The notes beneath the pieces are model-generated. The model saw only the letters and a program-made list of their open reading frames with translations. It was not told the origin of the DNA and did no database searches. Below, piece by piece: positions 9,633-19,488 of a stretch of DNA of 64,000 bases. Origin of the DNA: Promethearchaeota archaeon (GTDB taxonomy: Archaea > Asgardarchaeota > Lokiarchaeia > Sigyniarchaeales > SOKP01); assembly GCA_016839555.1 (NCBI GenBank), contig JAEOUA010000012.1, positions 317,756 to 381,755 of the forward strand, in the 5' to 3' direction. How positions within the stretch are numbered: the stretch's first letter is position 1; the number at the start of each line of letters is the position of its first letter. The position numbers were made by a program, and so were the translations under genes.

Positions 9633-10004
9633 ATGCCTTCGATATTTATTGTAGAAGATGATAGATCAATTAAGGTTCTATATGAAAAATTTCTTAAACT
9701 CCATGGGTTTGATGTAATTGAGACTGCTACTAACGGAGTTGAGGCTGTTGAAAAATTCAAAAGTTTTAAAATAAAACCCGATATCATTCTTATTGATCAT
9801 AGAATGCCAATTAAAAATGGTCTAGAAGCATCTAAAGAAATCATTAAACTTGATAAAAATTGCCATATTATTTTTGCGAGCGCCGATAAAACAGTTAAAG
9901 AAAAAGCGCTATCCTTAGGCATTGCTGCTTTTTTAGAAAAACCATTCAGTCTTGAAAAATTAATAGATTGTTTGAATACTTTATTTGCTAAAGCTCCCTG
10001 CTAA
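9633..10004 (+). CDS. Single-domain response regulator (receiver domain)
   Basis: IVEDD, PDIILIDHRMP, FASAD and FLEKPF motifs. Lies next to the histidine kinase. Confidence 0.93.
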   Translation: MPSIFIVEDDRSIKVLYEKFLKLHGFDVIETATNGVEAVEKFKSFKIKPDIILIDHRMPIKNGLEASKEIIKLDKNCHIIFASADKTVKEKALSLGIAAFLEKPFSLEKLIDCLNTLFAKAPC

Positions 10005-10058
10005 GAAGATTTTTTATTAAAATCTTTTTGGATTATTTAATAATTTAACTCAATAAAT

Positions 10059-11096
10059 ATGAAGGTAAATTATTTAGATAAATTTAAAGGTACATTAATT
10101 GGTCTAACGATTGGAGATATATTAGGATATCCCTTTAGGGGTAAATTAAGAACTGACATTGCTTCTGAATTCAGCTTTTTTGAAAATAATAATAATTTTG
10201 AGGATTTTGAAACCTTTTTATTAAAAAATAAAAAAAAATTCAAATCATATACGAATAATACTCAATTAGCTTTACATTTTTCGGAAGCATTGATAAAAGG
10301 AAATGGATTTGATATCAAACAAATTTTAAGAGAATTCCTTATTTGGTTAGATGATCCTCCTATAGGAAGTTGCTATGGCACCCTTTCTACTATAAAAAAG
10401 ATTAAAAAAGGAATACGATGGGATAAAGCAGCCTCAAATAGTGGTGGTAGTGGTACATTATCAAGGGTAGTTCCTATTGGACTTTTTTATTGTAGAGATC
10501 TAAAACAATTAGACATAATGGCCGAAAAGTCGAGTTTTATAACACATTCACACAACGCAGCATCTATAGGAGCAATACTGCTCGCTAGAACAATAGCTTA
10601 TCTACTTACAAAAATAAAGGAGATGCCGTTTTCCATCGAAGATTTCTCCAATAAATTGATTTCTTCGATTTTAAATATAAACGGGAATGATAATATTAAA
10701 GAAGAATATATTGATAACCTATATAAATTAATAAACAATCTTTCAGTTTCAGTTGAGTCAGGATTAATAAAATTTTCTCAAATTGGAGTAAATTCGCCCT
10801 ATTTTATAGAAGAATTTTTAGGAAAAGCATTTATACATCCTTATTCGATGAGTACTATAATTTGCTCATTATTCCTTTTTCTAAAAAATAGAGCCTCATT
10901 TAAAAAATGTATTTTAATTTTTGCAAGTGCCGGAGGAGGCAGTACAGTTGGAGCAATCGGAGGAGCCCTAGCTGGAGCTTATTTTGGATATTCTGAAATC
11001 CCAAACAATTTACTGAAATTCATTAAAAATCACAAAAAAATTTTGACTATAGCAGAAAGACTTTATAATAAATTTGAAGCTAATAAATATAAATAA
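10059..11096 (+). CDS. ADP-ribosylglycohydrolase (DraG/ARH) family protein with degenerate metal-binding motifs
   Basis: GLTIGDILG, YTNNTQ (usually TDDT), SR..PIG, ITH and STVGAIGGALAGAYFG...IP motifs. Confidence 0.85.
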   Translation: MKVNYLDKFKGTLIGLTIGDILGYPFRGKLRTDIASEFSFFENNNNFEDFETFLLKNKKKFKSYTNNTQLALHFSEALIKGNGFDIKQILREFLIWLDDPPIGSCYGTLSTIKKIKKGIRWDKAASNSGGSGTLSRVVPIGLFYCRDLKQLDIMAEKSSFITHSHNAASIGAILLARTIAYLLTKIKEMPFSIEDFSNKLISSILNINGNDNIKEEYIDNLYKLINNLSVSVESGLIKFSQIGVNSPYFIEEFLGKAFIHPYSMSTIICSLFLFLKNRASFKKCILIFASAGGGSTVGAIGGALAGAYFGYSEIPNNLLKFIKNHKKILTIAERLYNKFEANKYK

Positions 11097-11265
11097 ACAA
11101 ATTTAGTAAAAGGAAAAAGCAATAAAAAATTTCTTAAGAATTGAAAAGCAATTAAAAATTAAATATATATATATAAATTTTAGCTAATTCTAATAAAAAA
11201 GTTAAAAATTAACAAAGAATTACCTAATAATATCTTATTCGAATTTTTAATTCAACCCCTTTTTT

Positions 11266-11369
11266 GGGAGGGTAGTCTAGCTTGGTAAGAACTAGTATCT
11301 AAAGTTAGCTCCCAAACTGATTCCTGGTTTGGGACCAGGAGGTCGCGCGTTCGAATCGCGTCCCTCCCA
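11266..11369 (+). tRNA. tRNA-Pro(UGG) with a 30-nt intron at position 21/22
   Basis: Acceptor stem GGGAGGG/CCCTCCC-A. After splicing the D arm reads GTCTAGCTTGGTA|TGAT. Anticodon arm CCTGG-TTTGGGA-CCAGG. T arm GCGCG-TTCGAAT-CGCGT. No encoded CCA. Confidence 0.95.
11288..11317 (+). other. BHB intron of tRNA-Pro (non-canonical position in the D arm)
   Basis: A-GAACUAG-UAUCUAAAG-UUAGCUC-CCAA-AC. Central helix UUGG/CCAA is perfect, with bulges UA^A and AC^U. Confidence 0.88.
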
Positions 11370-11558
11370 TTTTTCTCCCCTTTCATAAATTTACGAATTA
11401 AGTATAAATTAAAAAGGAAAAAAAGAAAAAAAATTTATCAGATAATGGAAAAGTAAAGTTTTATTAAATTCCTAAAATTCTTATGAGTAACAATTATTAT
11501 CCTAATCATTTTTGTTTAATATTATGGATATTTGTTAAAAAAAAAATTGGTTTTAAAA

Positions 11559-11822
11559 TTGGTAAAAGGAACAGTAAAATGGTTTGATTCTAGAAAAGGT
11601 TTTGGCTTTATACAATCGGAAGAAGGTAATGATATATTTGTTCATTATTCAGCAATAGTTGCAAACGATGATAATTATAAGTCTCTTAATGAAAACGATG
11701 AAGTTGATTTTGAAATTGTACAAGGACAAAAAGGACCCAAAGCAGAAAAAGTAGTCGTAACTAAAAAAGCTGAAAACCAGAGAGGCAGTCTGTATAGTAG
11801 TGGAAAAGGTTTTCGTATTTAA
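11559..11822 (+). CDS. Cold-shock domain protein (CspA family)
   Basis: [25 protein letters not shown] and GQKGPKA motifs. Start placed at the TTG at 11559, within ORF 11532-11822. Confidence 0.92.
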   Translation: MVKGTVKWFDSRKGFGFIQSEEGNDIFVHYSAIVANDDNYKSLNENDEVDFEIVQGQKGPKAEKVVVTKKAENQRGSLYSSGKGFRI

Positions 11823-11982
11823 CTTTCTAAAAATTCATTTCTTTAAAAGAATTAATCATTTAGTATAGTTTTAATATAAATTAGCAAAATCTCTTTTTAC
11901 GATTATATTTTAATCTTAAATCTTTTTTTTTATTCATTCAATATACTTAATCCAAGATAATTTAATTATAAGTTTATAAATG

Positions 11983-12339
11983 TTAACTTTCCTCAATAGG
12001 AGCCTTAAAAATTACAGTTATAAAGAACTCAATCATTAACCCGAAAAGGGCGTTTATAATAGGAATTCCTAGAATAACTAACAACTCAACACCCATAATT
12101 ATATCATATAAAAAGAATGGTAAGCCAATAATTTCTCCTAATAATAATCCATGAATAAACCATTTCATTCGCAAAGCAGAGATTCCAATTACAAATCCTA
12201 TCAAAGTTCTATTAACTATGATAAACAAAAAGCGTAATATATCGACTTGAATATTTAAAATGATGGTCCCTAAATAACATATAATACCAGCAACAACTCC
12301 AAAAAGGGTAGCTATCATAATTCTCTTTAAATAAGCCAT
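11983..12339 (-). CDS. Small integral membrane protein (about 4 TM helices)
   Basis: Hydrophobic 118-aa ORF with a GGAG Shine-Dalgarno upstream. Confidence 0.75.
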   Translation of the reverse strand: MAYLKRIMIATLFGVVAGIICYLGTIILNIQVDILRFLFIIVNRTLIGFVIGISALRMKWFIHGLLLGEIIGLPFFLYDIIMGVELLVILGIPIINALFGLMIEFFITVIFKAPIEES

Positions 12340-12523
12340 TATTAAAATCTCCTTTTATTATTTCGTTATTAATTCGAAAATAATATAATAATAATAATTA
12401 ACACAACAAATATATATAAGATATATTTTAAAAATTCAAAATAAAACTAATTTTATTCACAAATTATATTATTTTTATTATTATATTAAAGATAATAAAA
12501 AGAAAGAAAGAATCGATAATTAT

Positions 12524-13066
12524 TTAAGACTTTTTTTTAATAAGTGAATTAATTCCAGCTATTAATGCCCAGCAAATTGCGATTATAAGACATATAAACT
12601 TAAATAGAGCAAAAAAGGAATGGATGATCGCTATCACATCTGGAAAACCCGTAGGATTTGCCACCGTTATTAGGATAATTGCATTTTCCAACGCATCTAA
12701 TATTGCTCCTAGAATTCCTATCATAGCTATAATAATTCCACTTTTAGCCCATTTTGAGGCTTCTTCATATTTTCTACTAATTAGCAATGCTAGAGAAAAA
12801 GCAAGTAATCCATAGCTAGCCATAAATCCATAATCAAATAGCTGTGCGACTATATAAGAGCCTAAATCCGGTGTGGCTGAATACCACTCTTTAAGTTTTT
12901 GTCCACTAAAAGATAATTGACTTGTGGTGAAGTCAACAGGAAAGCCTGATATTGTATAAAAGTACATCATTAAAGGTATGGCAATAATAAACCCAATTAT
13001 AGCCAGAATTAATAATATCTTAAGAATCTTCTTTGAGGGCCATGAGGATAATCTATCTAAAATCAT
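12524..13066 (-). CDS. Integral membrane protein (about 4 TM helices)
   Basis: 180-aa ORF with hydrophobic segments and a D-x-x-E-N motif within a helix. Confidence 0.75.
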   Translation of the reverse strand: MILDRLSSWPSKKILKILLILAIIGFIIAIPLMMYFYTISGFPVDFTTSQLSFSGQKLKEWYSATPDLGSYIVAQLFDYGFMASYGLLAFSLALLISRKYEEASKWAKSGIIIAMIGILGAILDALENAIILITVANPTGFPDVIAIIHSFFALFKFICLIIAICWALIAGINSLIKKKS

Positions 13067-13099
13067 AATGAATCACATAAATATTGTTTAAGGTTGTAT

Positions 13100-14158
13100 T
13101 TAAGCATTATTTTGAGCTAATATCTTTTTAACTTCTGCTGAAACTTTCTCCATCTTTCCGTCTTCGATCCAATATCTTATCTTTTTTGATTTAAGGAGGG
13201 ATTGGATTTTTTCGTTTAAATTGAGTAATTTTTGCTTCTCTTCCTCGGATAATTGTGGGACTTCTTCCTCCACTCTTTCTTTTACTTCCTTGATTTCTTC
13301 CATTATTACTGGAATTTCAATTTGTTCCTTTCCTTCTTCAATTACTCTTCTTCTTATTATTTCTTTAATGTTCCTAATCCAACCCTCTATCCAGGGATAA
13401 TTTCCTTGTTTCTTAGGATCTTCAATATTTATATCGCTACGTTCTACAATAATAAGATTATCAGGACAAGAATTTTCACAAGCACCACAATAAAAGCATT
13501 CATCCTCATTACATGCTATTTTACCATATTTTTTTACTTCTTCAGCAGTTTTGGGAATAAAAAATGATTCTACGGGACAAATATTCACACACGCTTTACA
13601 TCCCGTCGGATCACATTTCCAAAGCATATGTTCTTTAAGAATTACTTCTCCACTAATAGGGGAACTTATTTTAAAACACTGTGTAGGACATTCTTGCTGA
13701 ATTTTATAATAATCTTTGACTCTGTTCCTTTCTCGAGCATCTAAACATAATTGACAAATTTCATTAGATTTATCCTCAATACATTTCTCCTCTTCAATTT
13801 CGTAAAAATGTGAAAGATGGGGATATTCATCCATATTAATTTGCCCTTCCGGCATAATGTGTTCATGAAATGCATCATTAGGACAAACAATAGCGCATAA
13901 CATACAATAACAACATTTATCATGGTCTATCATGATTTTTGGATTTGATTCATCTATTAGACCCTGAGCTATCTCTGGAACAGGACCAATTTCTATGGCA
14001 TCGACAGGACATACTAACTTGCATAAACTACATCCAATGCACTTCTCTATATCATAAGTTAATTTTTTATTCACATCCTTGAATTTCCATTTTAAAATGA
14101 GTTTATTCGGTTCTATGTCCATCCCTTTTTCTATTTCATCCTCTTCCTTCTGATCCAC
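13100..14158 (-). CDS. Polyferredoxin (multiple 4Fe-4S clusters, FwdF-like)
   Basis: Repeated CxxCxxCxxxCP motifs: CIGCSLCKLVCP, CCYCMLCAIVCP, CKACVNICP and CFYCGACENSCP. Confidence 0.88.
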   Translation of the reverse strand: MDQKEEDEIEKGMDIEPNKLILKWKFKDVNKKLTYDIEKCIGCSLCKLVCPVDAIEIGPVPEIAQGLIDESNPKIMIDHDKCCYCMLCAIVCPNDAFHEHIMPEGQINMDEYPHLSHFYEIEEEKCIEDKSNEICQLCLDARERNRVKDYYKIQQECPTQCFKISSPISGEVILKEHMLWKCDPTGCKACVNICPVESFFIPKTAEEVKKYGKIACNEDECFYCGACENSCPDNLIIVERSDINIEDPKKQGNYPWIEGWIRNIKEIIRRRVIEEGKEQIEIPVIMEEIKEVKERVEEEVPQLSEEEKQKLLNLNEKIQSLLKSKKIRYWIEDGKMEKVSAEVKKILAQNNA

Positions 14159-14516
14159 TTTATCCTTTTTTGCTTTGGAAATAAAAAGGTCACCTTCTAA
14201 TATTTTCTATTAGTAAAATACTACATTTCTACTTATTTTTATTGTTTTGTTTTTATTCTAAAATTAATATTTGAATTATTTTCTATAAACGCTTTAAAAG
14301 TGAATAAAAAATCATGATATAATTTCTGTTTGATTATAAAAGATTACACTAAAAAGATTTTCTTGAAATCTTTATTTAATTTTATAGATCTTTCCAATTC
14401 TATATCTCTTGTGGGCAGCTAAACATAATTGAATGATAAATTATTTAATATCGTATTCTTATTGTATTATTTCATATTAAGAATAATAATTAAGAATTTT
14501 AATTCATAAGTACATT

Positions 14517-16037
14517 TCAATTAAGATCAAATAAATGTGGAAATTTTTCTCTTACATCTTTTAAGAATGTAGCAGGATAATGTTTCATATTATTTATTGC
14601 CATCGTAATAATAAAGAAATATTTTTGCCTTATCTCTTTCATATCTTCTCTTTGACCAATTCTATTTTTGGAAATAGTTTTAAAAAGATCTAAATGGAAA
14701 TCTCGAAAATTATATGTGATATCTATAAAATTAACCTCATTTGAAGGATTTAGAAGAAGTGCTGTATATTTTTGGTTTTCAAACTTCCACCATTCCTTAA
14801 AGAAAAATTTGGTACCATATTTAGTTTCATATTTCTTCATATTATCATAAGTTTCTGATCCTGGCCACCATCCATATCTAAAAATATGGGGAAGTAAGTA
14901 ATGTTTATTTCTTACTAAAGCTCTCAAGAATTCTATTGTTTGCGATAATGTTTTATTTGTCTCTCCTGGGTGTCCAATAATTGTATTAATACTGTGAAAT
15001 ATTTGATTTTCGTCAAGTTTCTTAGAAGCATAAACAATTTGTCTCAAATATTTATTTGGTTGTCGAGTTTTATTTAAAATCTTAAGCATCTTCTCACAAC
15101 CTCCATCCATCCCAAATTCAATCATAAATTTTAGTTTTTTTATATAAGTGATTTCCTTGTCTGGTTTAAATAAATCTAACCTAGTTTGTGCACCATAATA
15201 TTGTTCAGGGGCTTTTTTTATTAATTCCTTATATAGTTTTATACGAAAATCATAATTTCCAAATAATGGATCTGAAATAGAAACAACATAAAATAGATTT
15301 TTTCTATCCCTAAATCTCTGGTTTATCGATAAAATTGCGTTTAAAGCTTCATTTAAGGGTAATCTTCTAACTGTGCGATAACATTTAGTTAAATTATTAT
15401 TTGGATCTTGACAAAAATTACATCTAAAGCTACATCCTCTACTCAAGAATAAGGGAAAAAACACATAAATATTTGGATTTGGATTTTTAATATAATCAAG
15501 AGATTCTGCCAGCGACCAATCTATGTTTACGAATTCATTTACCGATAAAGGTTCGCAATTTATTATTTTGGGTTTTATTGGACGCTTGAAATTAATAAAT
15601 AATTTCTTTAACAATTTATATAGCTCTACTTCTGCCTCTCCTGCAAATATATAATCAAAAGGAGATTCTGGATATGAAAAATCATTTGGATAAATGGAAG
15701 GATGGCGCCCTCCTACAAATATGCAAGAATTCGGGTATAATTTCCTTATAGTATTTCCCAAGAAAATTGAATCTAAATATAAACTAGATGAATAACAGCT
15801 CACCCCAAAAAATTTAAAATCATCATAAATACTTAAATAATCATTTAATTTTTTTTCTCTGTTTTCTAGATTAATTTTTTGTGCAAGATCTAAAATTTCA
15901 ACATGGATATCTAAATGCTTCTTAAGATAAGTAGCAATAAATAATATTTGGCTTGGAGGATGAGCGAAGTCTGTTCGTTTTGGTGTATTACAATCCATAG
16001 GATAAATTAAAAGTAATTTATTTTTAATTTTTGACAC
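14517..16037 (-). CDS. Cobalamin-binding (class B) radical SAM protein
   Basis: N-terminal B12-binding domain (GVSCYS, VGGRHPS, GEAE), then SRGCSFRCNFC (CxxxCxxC) and IIGHPGET. Confidence 0.88.
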   Translation of the reverse strand: MSKIKNKLLLIYPMDCNTPKRTDFAHPPSQILFIATYLKKHLDIHVEILDLAQKINLENREKKLNDYLSIYDDFKFFGVSCYSSSLYLDSIFLGNTIRKLYPNSCIFVGGRHPSIYPNDFSYPESPFDYIFAGEAEVELYKLLKKLFINFKRPIKPKIINCEPLSVNEFVNIDWSLAESLDYIKNPNPNIYVFFPLFLSRGCSFRCNFCQDPNNNLTKCYRTVRRLPLNEALNAILSINQRFRDRKNLFYVVSISDPLFGNYDFRIKLYKELIKKAPEQYYGAQTRLDLFKPDKEITYIKKLKFMIEFGMDGGCEKMLKILNKTRQPNKYLRQIVYASKKLDENQIFHSINTIIGHPGETNKTLSQTIEFLRALVRNKHYLLPHIFRYGWWPGSETYDNMKKYETKYGTKFFFKEWWKFENQKYTALLLNPSNEVNFIDITYNFRDFHLDLFKTISKNRIGQREDMKEIRQKYFFIITMAINNMKHYPATFLKDVREKFPHLFDLN

Positions 16038-16379
16038 CAGTTATAAAATTTATAATTGAAACTTATCAAATAAATCTCAATTTTTATTTATAAAAATAAC
16101 ACAAAAATAATAGTTCCTTTAGTGATAAAAAAAAGGAATAAAATATAATTATTTGATATAGTTTTATAAAAATGTGAAGTTTTCAAATAATTCAATAAAA
16201 CTTAAATAATTTCGGGAAAATAACCAAGTAAATATTTTGGTATTAAAAATTCTCTTATATTTTGTTATTTAAAGAGATTTAAAATTATTATATAAAAAGG
16301 AAAAAGAAATTAATTGAATTAAAGAATTAAATATTAAAAAAGAAAAATTATTACAAAATAAGCTTATTTTATTATATCA

Positions 16380-16835
16380 TTATTCCAATTTATATTTAGT
16401 TAAGAGCGTTGGGTCAGTATTTTCAGTAGATTTAGTTAATTCTGCTGCTGCCTTGGAATAACGCATGGCTAATGCTATCTCTCCATCTATTTTTAATTTA
16501 TTTGCCATTAATGCTTTAATAGGATCTAATTCTTGAAAAGCAATTTTTTTCCAAGTATACATTGGAGCACTCACGGAAAGGATGGGCTCTCTTGGAGGGT
16601 CCTCATTTGGTCTTAAGACTTTTATCTCTATACATTTTCCAACTTTTAAATCTAAAAATAATTTTAAATCATCTTCCACTTCTCCAGAACCTTCCATCAA
16701 ATATAACATCGCTCCCTCTTGATCAATGCCCCAATTTTTAGCCGCCTCTTCATAGTCTTTATTATTATTTAAGGCTTCACAATATTCTTTGGCCCATTTT
16801 TCAGCTTCTTCTTTTAAATCTTCGAATTTTACCAT
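16380..16835 (-). CDS. SCP2 sterol/lipid-binding domain protein
   Basis: LNNNKDYEEAAKNW at the N-terminus and ELDPIKALMANKLKIDG, an SCP2 signature. Confidence 0.82.
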   Translation of the reverse strand: MVKFEDLKEEAEKWAKEYCEALNNNKDYEEAAKNWGIDQEGAMLYLMEGSGEVEDDLKLFLDLKVGKCIEIKVLRPNEDPPREPILSVSAPMYTWKKIAFQELDPIKALMANKLKIDGEIALAMRYSKAAAELTKSTENTDPTLLTKYKLE

Positions 16836-17147
16836 TATATTCCTCTTTTAATTATAATTTAATTTGTGTATGTTTAATATTATATTTAAGAGAATTTAAA
16901 GGTTAGTGATGATCAACATTGCTCATAACATAAAATTTAGATCTTCAACTAAATAAAAATTGAGAATCTTTTTCTTTTTCTTCTTTCCTTTTTTTATTTT
17001 ATATAAACATTGATACAAGATTTTAAAAATAATACAATTCAAAAATAAGGAATAAATTTTTTTTGAGGCTATTGGTAATAAAAATAACATTAACGCATTA
17101 TAAATATTAATTTTCTCTATAGTAAACATAAAAAAATTGATAATTTG

Positions 17148-18065
17148 ATGGTTTACCTTTCCCAAGAATTTCTTAACAATAGAATAACAAAATTAGAAGC
17201 AATTGTAAATAATTCATTTGATGAAGCTAAAAGAGTTGAAAGTATTTATATCTTAAAAGATCTTGCGGTTAAGAATGAAGAATTTTTTACTTTTTTTGAA
17301 AATTTATTAATTTCAGATGCTAATCCCAAAATTAGGAATTTAGCGGTTAAAATTATAAAGAATCATTATCTAGAAAAAGCTTTTGAGCCGATGTGTTGGG
17401 CATATAAGCATGAAAATTCAATTGAATGCATATTAAATATTATCTCTACTCTTGGTAAGATTAATAATCAATTATCAAAAGAATATTTAGTTGAAAAATT
17501 GTTTCCAATAAAAATCCCACAATTTCGTAATTATATTGATAAATTACTAGAAAGAAACGAAATTTATAACCTTAGTTCCAAAAATCTTGCCAATTTACTT
17601 AAAAATTATCATATTATAAACGATTTTATCTCTAATTTTGAACTAATTAAATATAAGATCAAAGATGGACGCATTATCGATTTAGATTTCTCTTTTACGT
17701 ATAATAATGGATTCACCCAAAGCATTATCGAACAATTACCTCGAATTATCGAAGACTTAAAAGATCTCCGTTCATTGAATTTAAAATATAACAAATTAAA
17801 AATGGTTCCCAACTTTATTAAAAAATTAAAATCACTTAAATATTTGAATTTATCTAATAATCAAATTAATATAATACCCCATTACATTTCTGAAATGAAT
17901 TTATTGGAACATTTAGATTTAAGCTGGAATTATTTGAATACTATGCCCCCCCAAATAAGTCTTCTCAAAAATTTAAAAATTTTAAATTTAAAACATAATA
18001 AAATTCAATGTTTGAGTGAACCTTTAATCGAATTAAAAAAACGGGGGCTAAATGTTCAGATATAA
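17148..18065 (+). CDS. HEAT-like repeat plus leucine-rich repeat protein
   Basis: N-terminal helical repeat (ENLLISDANPKIRNLAV) and about 4 LRRs of the LxxLxLxxNxL type. Confidence 0.85.
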   Translation: MVYLSQEFLNNRITKLEAIVNNSFDEAKRVESIYILKDLAVKNEEFFTFFENLLISDANPKIRNLAVKIIKNHYLEKAFEPMCWAYKHENSIECILNIISTLGKINNQLSKEYLVEKLFPIKIPQFRNYIDKLLERNEIYNLSSKNLANLLKNYHIINDFISNFELIKYKIKDGRIIDLDFSFTYNNGFTQSIIEQLPRIIEDLKDLRSLNLKYNKLKMVPNFIKKLKSLKYLNLSNNQINIIPHYISEMNLLEHLDLSWNYLNTMPPQISLLKNLKILNLKHNKIQCLSEPLIELKKRGLNVQI

Positions 18066-18091
18066 TTATAACTTAAATAAAAAATAAAAAC

Positions 18092-18592
18092 TTAGGAATA
18101 ATAAGAATAACTAGCTTTATCAAATCCTTTCACATATTCGATAACTATTCCATCTGGTCTTTTTTGAGGAGGAACATAGGTAATATGTAAATCTGGAAAA
18201 TATGCTCCAATTCCTTTCTTTGCTAAAATCATTGCGGGATGGTCTGCTTCCTTAAATATAGCTTCAGTTACTTTTAAAGTAGCCAATCTGCATGCCTCTT
18301 CATCAATAATTCCTAAAGAATGAAGATATTCATGTAAAAGAATATGATAGGCATACGCCCAAATAATATTATGCGGTTTATCTTTCAATATTAATCGTAA
18401 AGCAGTTTTATTCATGATAATTGAGGTTCCAGGATGAAAATGCATGCCCCCAATAAAGCCTCCTCTATACATGCCTAACTCTGCCAGGCCTAAGCTTAAT
18501 CCAGCTCTCTGCCTACCATATACATGCTTTACATCTCCCTTGACCCTTTCAAAAATTTCCACTAATTCACTTTTAAACTCTTTTAGTTCCAT
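18092..18592 (-). CDS. Zincin-like metallopeptidase (HExxH)
   Basis: LLHEYLHSLGIIDE motif. Last gene of the hsp20-cdc48 cluster. Confidence 0.75.
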   Translation of the reverse strand: MELKEFKSELVEIFERVKGDVKHVYGRQRAGLSLGLAELGMYRGGFIGGMHFHPGTSIIMNKTALRLILKDKPHNIIWAYAYHILLHEYLHSLGIIDEEACRLATLKVTEAIFKEADHPAMILAKKGIGAYFPDLHITYVPPQKRPDGIVIEYVKGFDKASYSYYS

Positions 18593-18657
18593 AACCTAAT
18601 ATCACCTATTTCATTGGATATAATACTACTAGACATGTGTCTATAGAGAAAAAAAAA

Positions 18658-19443
18658 TTAAATGTCAAAAAACCAATCTTCATCAGTTGAGACAATGAAA
18701 TCCATTGCTTTTGATAAGTCTCTTAATAGATGTTCTATAGAAGATCTATGAGTCGCTCGAGAAATTCTATCTATATCAGAAAAAAACAATTCATCTAGAA
18801 GATTATCTATATTTATTTTTTGATTAAACTTTGCTGGTTGAAAAAATAGAGTATATAAAATTTCTTTCTCTAAATTATCAAAGGTTGTCTTTTCTTGCTT
18901 AAGTTTATCTTTATATTTTTTTGCTATAAGATTTTTGAGTTCTATTATAATGCCTTCCTTCTTTTGAAGCAATTCTCTCCGTTTTCTTTCCAATTCACAT
19001 ATATTATCTTCTATATTTTTAATTCGTTCACCTAAAAATTTAACCTTCTCATTAGGGGATTTAATCTTCTTATATATATTAGAATCTATAGCCTCCTTTA
19101 AGAACATTGCTTCTGAATCCGGTTTTATGTTAGTTGTTTTATAATCAATATTATAATAATCTGGAGAAATATCCATTGTTAAAGAGAGATTTGACACTAT
19201 CCTATATTTACCGCCTCTCTTTTCAGGATAAATTTTTTCAATGATATTAAAATTTTTTAAAATTTCTAATTGACTATGAACTGCTTGTCGAGAAATCCCT
19301 AATGCTTTATGTAATTCGGAGGTTGAATGAGGCACTTTTGCTAATTTTGCTAAAATGACGCGCCTTGTAGGATTTCCCATTATTTCTAATAAATCATCTA
19401 AACTCATTTTTAAATTTGTTGATTCTTTCTCTTCTAACACCAT
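18658..19443 (-). CDS. ArsR-family wHTH regulator with coiled coil (Phr/HSR1-like heat-shock regulator)
   Basis: MGNPTRRVILAKL...SELHKALGISRQAVHSQLEIL wHTH followed by a coiled coil. Co-oriented with hsp20 and cdc48. Confidence 0.85.
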   Translation of the reverse strand: MVLEEKESTNLKMSLDDLLEIMGNPTRRVILAKLAKVPHSTSELHKALGISRQAVHSQLEILKNFNIIEKIYPEKRGGKYRIVSNLSLTMDISPDYYNIDYKTTNIKPDSEAMFLKEAIDSNIYKKIKSPNEKVKFLGERIKNIEDNICELERKRRELLQKKEGIIIELKNLIAKKYKDKLKQEKTTFDNLEKEILYTLFFQPAKFNQKINIDNLLDELFFSDIDRISRATHRSSIEHLLRDLSKAMDFIVSTDEDWFFDI

Positions 19444-19488
19444 TTTTATAATCCTCCTTATATTATTTAAAAATATTAAAAATTACTA

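Noticed and set aside
11289-11320. Alternative tRNA intron positions 22/23 to 24/25
   Set aside because: They also give a cloverleaf but no 4-bp central helix. Only 21/22 gives a perfect BHB.
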